64,000 nt of DNA. Source: Lepidodermella squamata. Taxonomy: Eukaryota > Animalia > Gastrotricha. Within the stretch, counting starts at the first letter, position 1; each line of letters starts with the position of its first letter. The notes beneath the pieces are model-generated. The model saw nothing but the letters and a program-made list of their open reading frames with translations, was not told the DNA's origin and did not search any database. The position numbers and the translations under genes were made by a program. Below are positions 1-13,000 of the stretch, in pieces. Where the stretch lies: contig JBLDXI010000032.1 of assembly GCA_047495785.1 (NCBI GenBank), forward strand, positions 2,046,001 through 2,110,000, given 5' to 3'.

Positions 1-2129
1 TATGGCCTCGACTTCAGATGCATCACACGTCTAAGGGCATGCGGCTCGGACGAGACTGATGTAATATTGTGAAAAAAATTTTAAAAATATTCGGCATGCC
101 CTTATTGTTTCAGTTCGGTATTTTCAAGTCTTCATCGAATTTTTCGCAAAATTTGGCTGATTGCCAAAATTTCGGTTGGGTCCAATGCACTGATCTGTCA
201 GCTAGCAATGCTATTTCCTGTTCTCCCAGGATAACAGGTTCGATATTAGGAATGAAAAGTCCACCTTGAACTGTCGATTTTTTTCAGGTTGCCAATCGCC
301 GAAAATTATGTCTTTTTCAAGAATATTCAAGGACGAAGCCAGCTGTTTGAGCGAGATCAAGTTGTTTTTCAGGACTAAATCGATTGCGCACGTCAACGGG
401 TTCAACGGCGCTAAGGAGGCTGAGAAAGAATGCGCCACGCAAGGAGCTGTTTTAGCGTCTATCACGACGTCGAACCAGCTGGTAGATGCCAGGCTCGCCT
501 TTCTTACCGGACAGCTAATTTGGGTTAGCGCAAAGCGCGATAATGGCAATAACTACGTCTGGTTAGATGGCACTGCCGTCCAGAGTCCGTTGCCGGGTGG
601 GCTGGACTTGTTGACGTCGCCGCCTCGTAATAATCATTTTTTATATTATTTCCAATTTTTAATTAAAAAAAAATGTGTTATTTTATAGCAGAGCAAAAAT
701 TCAAAGCTTGGTTTTCAATTTTCTATTTTTTTTAGCATTGCTGCGCTAACTTGTTCTTGCTCCCTTTTTTGCGCGATTGTCGCGTTAAAATTTGCTCTTC
801 TGTCGTTTTGCTCCCAAGCCCTTGTGCAAATCGCAAATACCAAAGAACGATTCCTTAGGTATATAATTCCTATATAATTCCTATAATTCCTTTCATTTCA
901 CTAAAATTAAGACTCTTGAGGCTCTAAATATTTATTCTTTAATTCGAAAATTTGAAAATTAATTGAAATTAATTGAACTTTGAAAAAAAATTAATTTGAA
1001 AATTAAATCAGCCTTCAGTTTTTAATTTTTAATTGAATTTTATTCATGGGTTGTAGAACTGGACTGTACAATAATGGCAGGATCACCTGCAGTACTGGAT
1101 GACCTGAGTTGTTCGGCCGATAATCTTGGTTACGCAATTTGCGAGAAGTACGTCAAGAATACAAACGGCTTCCGTTTCTGCTACCAGTACGGCTTCAAGT
1201 TTCGTTGTATCGAGGCCGAGAACCAATGCGAATCGAATGAGCAAGACGTAAATATGAAAACCTGTTCATCTTGCCCTAAATTCAAGTTTCTATATTAATC
1301 CAACAGTTCGGAGAATTCACCGCTGATGATCGTATGACGAATCTGCAAAATTGCCAGAATTTCGGCTGGATGCAATGCACTGATCCAAATAATAACGATG
1401 CAGTTTCTTGCCCGTTGCGAAGCAATTGTAAGTCTTTAATAGGTCTAAACCTTAGCACCACCCAAAACTTGAGGTTCCAGCACTTCAGTTTAAATCACTA
1501 ATTTTCCTGGTTTTTTTCGAATTTTTCGAATTTTCGTGTTCGATAACCATTCATAAATTATTTTTGTTTCAAGTCTTCGCAGAATGCCAAGCCCCTAAAT
1601 TTCTCTCCTTCGCAAGACTGTTTGGTACTGAGGATTCGTGCCTGAATACTGTCAAAAAGATCAACGGCTATGCCCCCTTATACGGCGGTTACTTCTCCGG
1701 CTTCGACGATGCCACAAAAATGTGCGCAGACAATGGCAGAGCCCTCGCATCGTTGTCAACGTCCTCACAATTGCAACAAGCTAAAACTTACCTTATTTCC
1801 AAGAGCGTACCTCACGGCATAGTTTCAGCTCGTCGCGGGTCTGATGGCAACTTCGCGTGGGCTGACGGCTCGGATTTTCCTGGATCTTACCCTAGCAATC
1901 AGCTTCTATGGGGTTATGGCCAGCCTGACAGTAAGGAATTGTTTACCTCACCTTAAAATCGGAATTAATTTGTCAATTTTCTTTCCTAATAGACGAAGGA
2001 GATTGTACCGGGATAAAAAATTTGGATTATCCAAGCCAGCCGACCGATTTTTACCTGGATGACTTTAATTGCCTAGCTGGCAGTTACTACTACGTACTCT
2101 GCGAACGATATATTACAGTCGGTAGTTAA
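1..2129 (+). CDS. 3' part of a multi-exon tandem C-type lectin domain protein; repeating unit = Cys-rich domain + CTLD (5' end outside window)
   Basis: Exons approx 1-60, 114-237, 288-626, 1058-1247, 1307-1427, 1574-1931, 1993-2129 (TAA) with GT-AG introns. CTLD signatures: 'AEKECATQGAVLASI..WVSAKR..YVWLDG..C..LDD.SC..YAICE' and 'ATKMCADNGRALASL..FAWADGS..WGYGQPD..C..LDDFNC..VLCE'. Confidence 0.85.
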
Positions 2130-2245
2130 AACTGTGATCTATTATTTACGGAAATTTTTAATTTTGACTGAAAAATAATCATATTACGAAGCATCACCGC
2201 CGTGTTCCGTCATGACTTATGCAATCGCATTGTATTGATTTCCTT

Positions 2246-2252
2246 TATAAGG
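2246..2252 (+). promoter_or_regulatory. TATA-like box of the Gly-rich gene
   Basis: TATAAGG about 60 bp upstream of ATG 2311; matching AATAAA at 2901-2906 downstream of the stop. Confidence 0.5.
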
Positions 2253-2310
2253 CGAAAAATTTTGTCCTTGAAAATCATCAATTCAATTACTTCAATAAAT
2301 TATTTGCAAC

Positions 2311-2838
2311 ATGAACGCTTCTTGTTTTGTCTTCATCGCCCTGGTCGTCGGATCATGTGCTGCAACCGAGGATGGCGTTGCCTCCGACGAGCACATGGTC
2401 GAGCGTCGGCAGCTCGGAAGTCGCATCGGTAATATGTTCGGCGGCCTTGGAAACCGCGGAAATGGCTATGGCAACACGGGCTATGGAAACTCGGGCTATG
2501 GCGGCATGGGCAATGGCGGCACGGGTTATGTCAACAGCCTTGGGACTGGTATGCCGGGCAGCTTGTTGCGCTTAGTTGGTATGAACGGCCTTGGAAGTGG
2601 CTACGGCTCCGGCCTCGGAGGTCTTGGTGGACTCGGCGGTATGAATAGCCTCGGCGGTCTTGGAGGAATGAATGGCCTTGGTGGCTTGGGAGGCCTCGGT
2701 GGTCTTGGTGGAATGAATGGCCTAGGTGGTCTTGGAGGAATGAATGGCCTTGGTGGCTTGGGCGGTCTTGGTCCCAGCTTGCTCTCAGCCAACATGCTTT
2801 CTGGCATCGGCGGCGCTGGATCTCCACTAATGTTCTGA
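2311..2838 (+). CDS. Intronless secreted glycine-rich protein precursor (GGL/GGMNG repeats)
   Basis: Hydrophobic signal peptide MNASCFVFIALVVGSCAA, acidic pro-segment ending VERR, then GYG and GGLGGMNG repeats; TATA and polyA signal flank the ORF. Confidence 0.85.
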   Translation: MNASCFVFIALVVGSCAATEDGVASDEHMVERRQLGSRIGNMFGGLGNRGNGYGNTGYGNSGYGGMGNGGTGYVNSLGTGMPGSLLRLVGMNGLGSGYGSGLGGLGGLGGMNSLGGLGGMNGLGGLGGLGGLGGMNGLGGLGGMNGLGGLGGLGPSLLSANMLSGIGGAGSPLMF

Positions 2839-5340
2839 AGTTGATCAAACTGTGCCATCAACAACTGATTTTTGTTACAAATTTGAACCCGCAATTCAGC
2901 AATAAATACGCGAATTTAAAATAATTTAAAAACCATTTTTTCGAAGTTGAATATGCCGGGTCTGCTCCAAAAGTTGTGATTTAATAGCAAAGTTGGGCAA
3001 GGTAACTCCTGATTTTCCAGCAAATTTGTCTATTTTAACCTGATTTTTAGCAACTTGCAACGTTTAAGCCTATGGAAAATTAACTGGTAATTTTAGACAC
3101 ACATTTGCATATGCACAGGTCTCATTCTTTGTATTCAAGATTCGCACTAGAAATGTGGGTCAAATCTATAAATCAAGAAAAAACAGCCGTATTTTAATCA
3201 CGCAATATGAGAACTTGGATCAAATTGAATAAGGTATTTTTTGTTCGTGTATTCAATTTCCTTCTTTTTCAATACCTTTTTTCTCAGAACAAACCGGTGT
3301 CCCATACCTTTAGCAATATCGAGACTTGTGAATTTGGCAGCATGTATGGATAGGATATCATAATTATTGGTTCCTTATAGACTTGCTATTATTATTACCC
3401 TATACTGATATACGTAAAACTCGTATGACGAGTCTCGAAATACGTACAAGAGAGTTGCATATACACGATGAGTTTGATTGTTTATCGGAACACCTTCTCA
3501 ATAGCATTATGATGATGTAATATGCTAAACTCTGAGATATAGCCAGCCTAGCAATATAAGAGGCGTGTCTCTTCGCAGGTAAACACACGCCTTATAATAT
3601 ACGACATACAACAACACACGATCTTAAAACCGCTCGCGACACAGCTTTCGAACACACCTGACGGGGCTGTATATTATTTATTTTGCGCAAAACACAAATT
3701 TTTATGCGCAAAAAATCGATTATTGGTGCCAATTAAAAATGCGCACCAAATTTTGAATTACCAAAACAACACGACCTATTGTTGGGTAAATAAAATTCTC
3801 AGGCGTTATACCTCAATATAATATAATTATTTAATCTAATTTGCGCTCCTCTCTGGTACAATAAATTTCGGACTTTACACCGAGAATTTTCGTTTTATTT
3901 TTAGATTATATTATTTTTGCCTCGGGGAATTTTCGGTTACGTGCGTATTTTTGGCTCTGTTAATGAGCGAAGCTCGTGTCCCACCGTTTTCGACGTGGCC
4001 CCCACCAAACAACCTGAAGAGCCTGTTGGCCTGCGGCTATATACTTGACGGGCGGTTTTTATCCCCGTTTTCTCACACACTTTATACGCCATTTTAGCAG
4101 ATGGAAAAGATGGTGATGCACAGATTGTGACGTTGCCTGTCACCGTTGTAATTACGGCCGATGATGGCCCGGCGAAAATGATGATGATGATGACTACCGA
4201 AAATAAACACGGCACTCGAGAGGTAGGGGAGGTTGAGGTATAGGATGGCAGGCGGGGAGGCAGTGGAGGCTGTTGCTGTCTTTTCTGTTGCGAGCGCATC
4301 AGACACAAACAAAACGCCTCGTCGTCCGCTGTTATTGTTGACTTATTAGGCGTGTGATCCACCCCGTAATTTCGTGACCTTATTGTGATCTCTTACCGAG
4401 CTATTATTACCGTTTCCACTCGCGGCACCTCCCACTCGCGGTTTTGGTTGTGATATGCGGCTGGGTTGGCGATATATATAGGTATCTATCTATAACTATA
4501 TAAAGCCGGCGTGTTTGCCCGCCCAACAACGACGGAAAGTCGGTTGTTTGCCGGCGGCACCAGGCGGGTGAAGACCGGAGAGTGGGCGCTGTGCTCATCT
4601 GTTGTTGTTGTTATCATTGTTGTGTCTGTGCTGTGTGGCCGCCGAGCGCATCCAAGTGACCGGCGCGACTTATTAACAAATGTTCCACCCATCGCAACAG
4701 CGGATCTTCTTCACAACCGCTGCCTTAATAATATTCCAGTGTCAACACACGGCGCCGTCGCGACCGGGTTTTGTAATAATATATTACTTTTAACAAAAGG
4801 CAGGTATTATTATTATTATTTATTACCCGACTTTATATTCGCGGAGATTCGCGCGACAAATTGATAATTACTTGATCGTGTCGTAGTATGAGGTCAAGCC
4901 GGGCACCCGACCCCGGCCACCAGTGGCTGTGGCGCCTCTCGACGTGGCGTCTGGCCGGCTGTTTCCGCCGCGCCTTCTTAATCTGCTCATCGCTACTGTT
5001 GTGATGCTTCGCGCCTGATCGAGACAGCCGCCAGACTGGAACCATCATCAACGCCGCCGACTGTCCGCCCGGCGCCAATGCGCAAAGCGTCATCTCTCTG
5101 CTACATTACTAACCAAGTATAACGGCGGGCCGGTTTACTTACAAAATACCAACTATCCCACTTTTATAGCCCGCACACCTTAATAAGCGCGATTTCAAAT
5201 GATGATTCATCACCTCACATTGCGGCGCAATGACCTAATTACGCCGCGCCATCCGCCCTAATTTTAATTATCCATGATTTCTTCCTTAGAAGATTTTAAG
5301 CTTTAAGCTGTATTCAAGATAATTGACTCGTTCGATTTCA

Positions 5341-8300
5341 ATGGTGACGAGTGACTCGGCGCCTGGTATAGGCAAAACTAACCCCACAAACCCGATTGGT
5401 AGTAACGCAAATGGATATCAACACGAAGCGGCGCCGTACGAACGGGTCGTGTTCAATGGCAGTGTTTACCGGGACGAAAGAGCTCGGGAGATGTTGTTCG
5501 GCGGCGCCCGGGCGCAGCTTGTCCAGCAACAGCACGAGCATCAACTCGTACTGGCTGGTAGTTCGAAACCGACCCCGGGCAGCGAGTTGATGCGAGCCTC
5601 CCAGCTGCCGAACCAGCGGCGCCAGACGGCTATCGGCGTGCAAGCGGCTTCTTCATCGTCAGGCAGTGAAAATGACAGCGCTTCTTACAGCCAAAGCCAG
5701 TTGGCGTCAAAAAGCGGCAGCGGTTATCACCATCATCACATTGGGTAAGGGAAATGACCTAATTTCGGACAATTCGATTTTATTTATTAATTTTTGCTTT
5801 TTTAGTCACCCTACCCGGCCTCAACCGCCTCCGCCGTTATCGCTGCAGAGCCTACAACCGCCGATTTCGTCATCGAACGGCAGCAGTACGAATGGCAGTA
5901 ACGGCAATTTCGGCGGGCTTGGCTCGGCAGGATCGTCGGGCGGTGATTTGTCGACGGCAAATCTAGCCCGGCAAAATCACCACCTTCACGATCACCGCAT
6001 TTCAGCCGTTCTTCACGCCATCAGCAACGGCCGTGTTAGCATGCTTAGATCTGTATGGAGCTCCGATTTGCCGCTCTACGTTGATGAACACAAAAATACT
6101 GTCCTACATTGGTGCGCAAAATACGAAGGAGCAGCTAAATGCCTCAAGTAAATAAATTATTAAACAATTAATTTAATTAATTTAGGGTGTCTAAAAAATT
6201 CTAGATTTCGAACCTTTTCGTAGCCTTATTTTTCAGATTTTTTCTGATTTTAATAATAATTTTTTATATTTTAAGGTGGCTAATAAAAAATACGCAAGTT
6301 CCATTATCTGCGCGCAATTTTCGAGGCGAATTGTGTACGCATGTTGCCGCGCGTCACGGCATCCTGAGCTGCCTTAAAGTCGCCCTTATGTCGGGGAGCA
6401 GCTCGAACAACAGCAGTCAGTCGCATTCTTCCGAGTCGTCAGGCAGCGGTGGTACAAATTCTGGGGCGGATCGGCTCTTCTCGGCGACGGAGAAGGACAA
6501 ACGGGGCTTCACGATTCTTCACCTGGCCGTTATCAAGCAGCGCTTTCCTATTGTCCGGTGGCTGACTAAGCAGGCGTTTTCAGCTCTGCTTGTTCGTATA
6601 GCTGATAACAACAACAATTTACCTCTTCACTACGCCGCGCTGCGAGGTAATAACTAATTTAAGGAATAAATTACGATTTTATATTAATTTTTGTTACAGG
6701 AAGTAAAAAGATGGCCCAACTCTTGCTGAAAAAGAACAAAGATATGTTAAATTTGAGGAATGTCTCCGGGGCTACGCCGCTTCATGTAGCTGCGTTTGAA
6801 GGCCGATCGGTCACTTTTGTTCAATGGCTAGTCGAGGAAGTGGGTGCCGATGCAACTGCTGTTATGGAGGTGAGCCTAAATTTCGGAATTCTTTTTGTTA
6901 ATGTTCAAAAAATAGGCTAGTGAGGGGTTATAAAGCGTGTCCCATAAGTAACGCAAGCAAAGAAAATACATGGAAAAAGGTTCAGAAACTCTAAATTGAG
7001 AGGCAAAGCGGTCAGAAATCTATCAGAAAAATTCAAAAAATCTCGAGAATAGTAATCAAGTATGTCAGTTGTTAATGGGTAATGGGATTAAAAAATTCCG
7101 GCGAAATTTGTTCCAACCGGGTAAAATACCGAAAATACCGAACCAGTTACCATCGGGGGTTTTCCGGGTCTTCTCCGGTACATTTTTAATTTCTTCGGTT
7201 AAATCACGGATAAAAGATGGAATTTTCTTTCGCTATAGAAATTCCGAAAAATTTACTCCAACCAGGAAAAATTACCGAAAATTACCGAATCAGTTACCAT
7301 CGGGTATTTCCTGGTCTTCATCGGTAAATTTTCGGTAAAATCGCGGTTCAAGAAAGGGAGAATCAAAACAAATATATTTTCAATTATTTTTATTTTCGAA
7401 AAATCAGTTATTTTTTTTTAATTTTAAAATCTTTCGAAAAATCCTCCTTAATTAATTTTTCGATGCATTTTTTTAGAGTGGAGTCAATTTGCTGCACGTA
7501 GCCGCTGCCGGTGGCAGTATACCAGTCGTTCGTTACTTGACATCAACCACCCGGCAATCAGCCGAAGCCGTGCTATCACGTAGCCAAGACGGCAGCACGA
7601 TTTTCCACTTTTCGGCCGCTAACGGGCACGCTCACCTGCTGCAATGGCTGTGGAGCCTTCGCGGCAATACTTCAAGTCGAACCGGCTCATCGACTGGGCT
7701 ATCACAATCGTCGAACAGCAAATCGCCGCTGTCAACAGCCGTTGCTGCTGGGGTTCATCTTAGAAACGCCTTAGGCAACAGCCCGGCCCATGCTGCTGCC
7801 GACGCTGGGCAAGCCGCAACTTTCCGGCAACTTGTCGAATTCGGGGCCGATATTTTCGGCAAGAATAAGGCCGGGTTCTCGGCCCTGGAACTTGCGATTA
7901 ACAACAAAAACCCAGCCCTGGCCCGGCTAGCTGAAGATATCCGCCGGCTGTTACTCGACCCAACTTTTGCGCAGTCAACCGAGGCGAATGAGGTGCCAGG
8001 TCATGCGCATCTTGTAACCACCCTGCCGGTTAATCGGACGACGCCAACGCGGCAGCAAGTTGGAAATAACGGGTTAGCTTCAACGCTGTCTGGCTATCAC
8101 TCGAATCTAGCCGCGAGCTTCAACGCGTTACATTTGCCTGACCCGGCGCCTGGCACGCAGCCGTATCGCCATGGCAACGACACCCGGCTTCAGATGCAGC
8201 TACACATTGCGACGGGTGATATTGGCACCCTGGATGGTGGGAATGAAAATGAGGATGACTTCATCGACGGACTAGCGCCACCGCCGCCCCCGCCACCATT

Positions 8301-9455
8301 ACCACCCGGTGCGGTGAATAGTCGGCGAATCGCAGAGACTAATAATGAGTCCAACGACCAGGCCGATGCGGATGAGTTGTTCGTTGTTAAACGGGTCAAT
8401 GAGAACGTGTTTTTGCGGCAAGGCGACGTGCAGAATGGCCAGCAGCAACAGCAGCAGCATCAACATACCCAGCCGTCGGTTATTCGCAAGCTGAAACAAA
8501 GCCAGAATTCAAAATTGCCAGCTCAGTTGACAACGTTGCGCGACAAAATTTTCCCGCAGAAATCGTGCGTTTACACTTTTTCAATTATTAAAAATTCATA
8601 ATAATAGAGTTTAAAGTGAATTAAAATAATCCGAAACCAACTTGAATTTATAAGGAAAAAAATTAAAAATTAAAATAAGGGTCTCAAGTTTTAACCTCAG
8701 AATTGAGGTTCCTGCCCTAACGGTACGGCGACAAAACAGCAACTTCGCGAAAAGCGAATGCGACAAAACGGCAAATTTTTTATTTCACGACAAAACAGCA
8801 AAAAATGTTAGTGCCGACCTTCATAACAGCAAATACCCAAAAACAGCATACGCGACAAAACAGCAAATTTTTCAACTTGCGACATAACAGCAGAAACACG
8901 ATTCATCTTTTACATAGTAAGTTTTCGCTGTTTTGTCGTGAAATAAAAAATTTGCCGTTTTGTCGCATTCGCTTTTCTGCGAAGTTGCTGTTTTGTCGCC
9001 GTACCGTGATTGACGTGATTGACGTGATTGGCTTTATAAAGAAGACGTGAAATTCTGGAAATCCTATTTTGGGAAAGTCTGTTTTAAAATTTAGGCAGGA
9101 GCCTAAATTTAGGGTGACTGCATTTTTACCACAGACCAAATAAATTAATTAAAAACTCCAATTTAGATGATTTAGATATAATTAAGATAATTTAATTTAA
9201 AGCTATTTTTTGCGATTTAATTCCAGCCGTCGACCGTCTACTCAAGCGTCCACCGTGAATATGAATATGAACTTTTCGAATATGCCGCACGTGCCCGAAT
9301 TAGCTGCCCTAATGTCGCAAGAACAACGGCAGCAGTTCATGCGCAGCCAGGGGCATCCATCCTACCCGAACGAAAGCATCGGCGAGAATGGCGACTATTG
9401 GGACCGATTGTCGACCGATATCCGCCGGCTTTTAGTGCAACGTCGTTACCCCTGA
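5341..9455 (+). CDS. Ankyrin-repeat protein with polyproline tracts (espin/forked-like architecture)
   Basis: Exons approx 5341-5744, 5806-6147, 6276-6647, 6701-6869, 7477-8564, 9227-9455. Divergent ANK motifs (NTVLHW, CTHVAARHG, FTILHLA, LPLHYAA, ATPLHVAA, NSPAHAAA); PPPPPPPLPP and poly-Q after the repeats. A probable 5'UTR exon follows the TATATAAA near 4497. Confidence 0.75.
7112..7345. repeat. Two ~146-bp-period direct repeats with internal dyad symmetry in an intron
   Basis: ccaaccgggtaaaataccgaaaataccgaaccagttaccatcggg... repeated as ccaaccaggaaaaattaccgaaaattaccgaatcagttaccatcggg... Confidence 0.7.
8721..9006. mobile_element. MITE with ~80-bp terminal inverted repeats in the last intron of the ankyrin gene
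   Basis: CGGTACGGCGACAAAACAGCAACTTCGC... / ...GCGAAGTTGCTGTTTTGTCGCCGTACCG; internal CGACAAAACAGCA repeats; flanks TAA/TGA. Confidence 0.85.
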
Positions 9456-10068
9456 AACAAACACGCGCCGATGAATTGAATTTTGAATTTGGCGTGAAAT
9501 TTCATGATATTTTGTTGCTCTCTGATTTGATCCACACCTTTGATGATGCCGCCGTCGCAATAATTATCGTTTTATTCACTATTTTACAAATTCGTTTGAA
9601 TACGCCTGCAAACAAATGCGGGCCAAAATTTTTTATTCCCCTGAAATAACAGGGAGGCTGAAAATTGTTTATCATTTATACTTACTTGGTACTGATTTAC
9701 TATTGACAAAAAATTTACAAATTATTCGCGCTGAGTTTTAAAAAAAAATCTTCTAAATTTTTCTCACCTTTATCAATTAGACACCTCATAAAAAATCTTA
9801 GCTGTTATTTATACTGACGAATGTTGCATTATATCCTAAAATCTTAATCGCCATTCGATGTTAAACTGTAGGCGGAAGGTGTAAAGACTATACGTTATAC
9901 CTTATACACAAATCCGAGACAAAAATCGCAATAAAAATAAAATGAATTTTGAAACACATTTTTTATTTCGATATCGATTACAAAAGAGGACGACTCATCA
10001 TCACGGAGACAAGAACAACATGCACTGATTGCCAGTATAAATAAAACGAAAAAAAGTCGTGCTCACAA

Positions 10069-13000
10069 TTAATAAGTGCACCGAGGCGGCTTTGGCGCCC
10101 ATTCGCCGTTGTAGCCGCAAAAAATGGTTGCATTTCCGATGAGAGTGCGCCCGCCTACGCACGTGTAATCGACCTTTGACCCCGGCCGCGTGTGCTGGCC
10201 GTTGTGAAGCGCCCCGTCGACGACTGGGATATCAGGGCAGCCGATGAGCTCCGAACACGGTCTCGCATCGCCCTCCCATTGGCCACTCACTGCGCCGCAT
10301 TTGATTACGTAACTCGTTTGGCCATCAGCTGTCCGCCAGCCACGCTTACATTCGACTGTTAAGGTGGTACCGCGACGCCCTGGCTCCTCGACTGCGTTAC
10401 TGTTCTGAATTGTTTTAGGCGGGCAACCCATTTCTAGATATTGAAAAATTATTGAAGCGGAACGGTTATTCAAGGAAAATATGGCTTACGTTGATTTTTG
10501 CGGAAAAAATCGATGTGCATGCATGGCTGGCCCGAGTAGGTTCCGACAAATACCCTCATAAACCGAGCTACAATGCTTTGCTGAGACAAATCACACGCCA
10601 CGATCGACCTAGCATCGTAATTCCCAGGAAAATGCTGCAAAAATTGAGTATTAGAAAAAATTAAGGTGGGTTTTTATTTTATACCATCCAACTGCCGTTG
10701 CTGTAGCGAAGTTCGTTCCACGTGACTGCGTTTGAGCTGTATGCTATTCTTATGCTGCTAACCCACTGTTCCTCAGCCCTACGACCCTGAATGATGTAGC
10801 CAGTCACTTCATAATGGCCGCCCAGGTCCATGACGAGCCACCCGTCTTGCCGGTCGCAGAACGCCGGGCACCACGCATGAGTTGCGCTGACGGAGAATCT
10901 AGCCGATGCTGGGCCTGTGATATCGCTGGTCCATGTTCGTTTTGCCGCATCAACCAGCTCATCGGGCGCCCGGTAACAGGCGGAATTCGAGGAATGAGGA
11001 TGACTTGCTTCGCAATCGTTATTCGTGCTGGGCAATGGTGCGGAACCGTAAGCCCATGAAGATGCCCAATATCTTCAAAAATTGACAAATTAAAATAAAT
11101 GATTTCATTAATTTATAGAACAATTAAGAAACAATGAGCTAAGATAATTCTGGAACTTCGAATTCTGAAATGGTCAGAAAAATAAACACCTTTGAAATTG
11201 GTTCCAAGTTACAAAAAGGTTCCAGCACTAAATTCAAGCATTCTACCTTCAATTTTCAGATTTTTTGCTATTCGGACCTTTTCTTTTCATGTTTATTGAT
11301 GATGCACCCTATATAATCCATTATTTTAGCTACCTGGTACCCAGCACAGTTAATTAGAAAAATTCGGAAATCATATTTTGGGAAACTACCTATAATGCTG
11401 GAAGCTGGAACCTTTAATATAGGTTTTAACTTCCAAGCATTAGCACATCCTTCTGTTAGGATTAAAGTATCCAACATTTCTGAATTAAGTTTCCTGACTT
11501 CAAAAATAAAAGATAAATTAAAAAATCTCACCTGCTTGAACTTTCTGCCCCGATTCGCCCTGCAAGGGTCATTCGTTCCAAACCTTCAACTGGGACACAA
11601 ACGTACTGAACAATAGCGTATTGAACACATAACTGGCATCGTTGATTGAAAGGCTGAATATCGCCCAATTCATACAAATGAACGTGATAAGCACAGGCCG
11701 TTTGATTATCACACGCTTGAGCAATAGGCCAGTAGACATCACGAAGGCCGCAATTCACCTCCCGGCCATCAGCACCAACCGGGTTGCCACTATTACACGT
11801 GAATTCATCGCGATAGCCAGTTCGGCCGAAATGAGCTGATAAAACTTTAATTTTCACATTGGAAGATGGGTCGCAGTCTAGTTCGACCTTGGCGTTGTAG
11901 CAGCCAATCGCGCTTCGAACATTCAAGCACTGGCCCACTGATTCTTGCGACAAAATATCGGCCGAAATTAGGGCAGATTTAGATGCAGCTGCTAGAAATG
12001 CCAGTGGCAATTTCGACTCTTCAGCGTTCGAATCGCTCTCGATTTCAAGCCCAGCAATGCGTGAAATGTAGCAATCTTCGTCGATTCGGCCATCGTTATC
12101 ATCATCCGTGTTATCACAGATTTCTTCATCGATCAAGCCATCGCAGTCGTTATCGATTGAATCAGCGACTTTCATGTCGGTTTTGTCACAGGTGAGTTCA
12201 TTCGCGCAGGTTCCTAGTGGGAAGGCAAACGACGCCCGGTCGCCTGCGCCGTAGATATAGGCGGCGAATCGGACGCTTTTCAACTCGTGCGAGACAGTGT
12301 GGACGCCAGTGGGTGGCAGTTCGAAACTCGTAGCTGATAATCGAGTATTCGGGACTTGATGCCAGTTTTGCGAAATCAGCCTCAAACCATCGAGCTGAAG
12401 CTGTTCTTCCATTCCTTTTCTGCAAAATTAAATTTCGTACAAATTTAAATAAAATTTCTAAAAATTTCAATTTTTTTAAATCCTCAATTAATTGCTTTTC
12501 GATCATTTTTTTAATTTCCAAAAAATAATTTAATATAAAACAATTTTTTTGAATTTTAGAAATTTTTAGAAATTTTAGAAATTTGAAAATTTAAATTTGA
12601 AATTTTCCAAAAAACTCACTCTATCAAAATTGACATGAAGCTCCGATAAGCAGTTCCAACTTCAGTCGGTGTAACAAACGTGTAGCCGAAGTCGAATTGT
12701 TCAGTCGGGGTGCATACAGTCATAGATGGATCAGCCTGCTCCTCCGGGATAATCTGACTGTGCACGTAAGAAATGACCTGAATAGGCTTGTCAGACTTAA
12801 AGTAAAGATTGACGTAGGACAAGGCTTTGAATCTGAAGCTTGACCCAGCTTTATCGAGTTCGATCACGTCTTTATTGCTTTCACCTGACCAGATTTCGAC
12901 AACGGTCTCAGGCTGCGCAGCTGTTACCGACCAGTAGTCACCCACTGAGCGCCCGGGTGTCGGCGCCCCGGCACAGTCGTTGCCCCAAGTCGATGTGGGC

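Noticed and set aside
3937-5093. ORFs upstream of the ankyrin gene
   Set aside because: Microsatellite-rich GC promoter/5'UTR sequence; mostly non-ATG starts and no recognisable domain.
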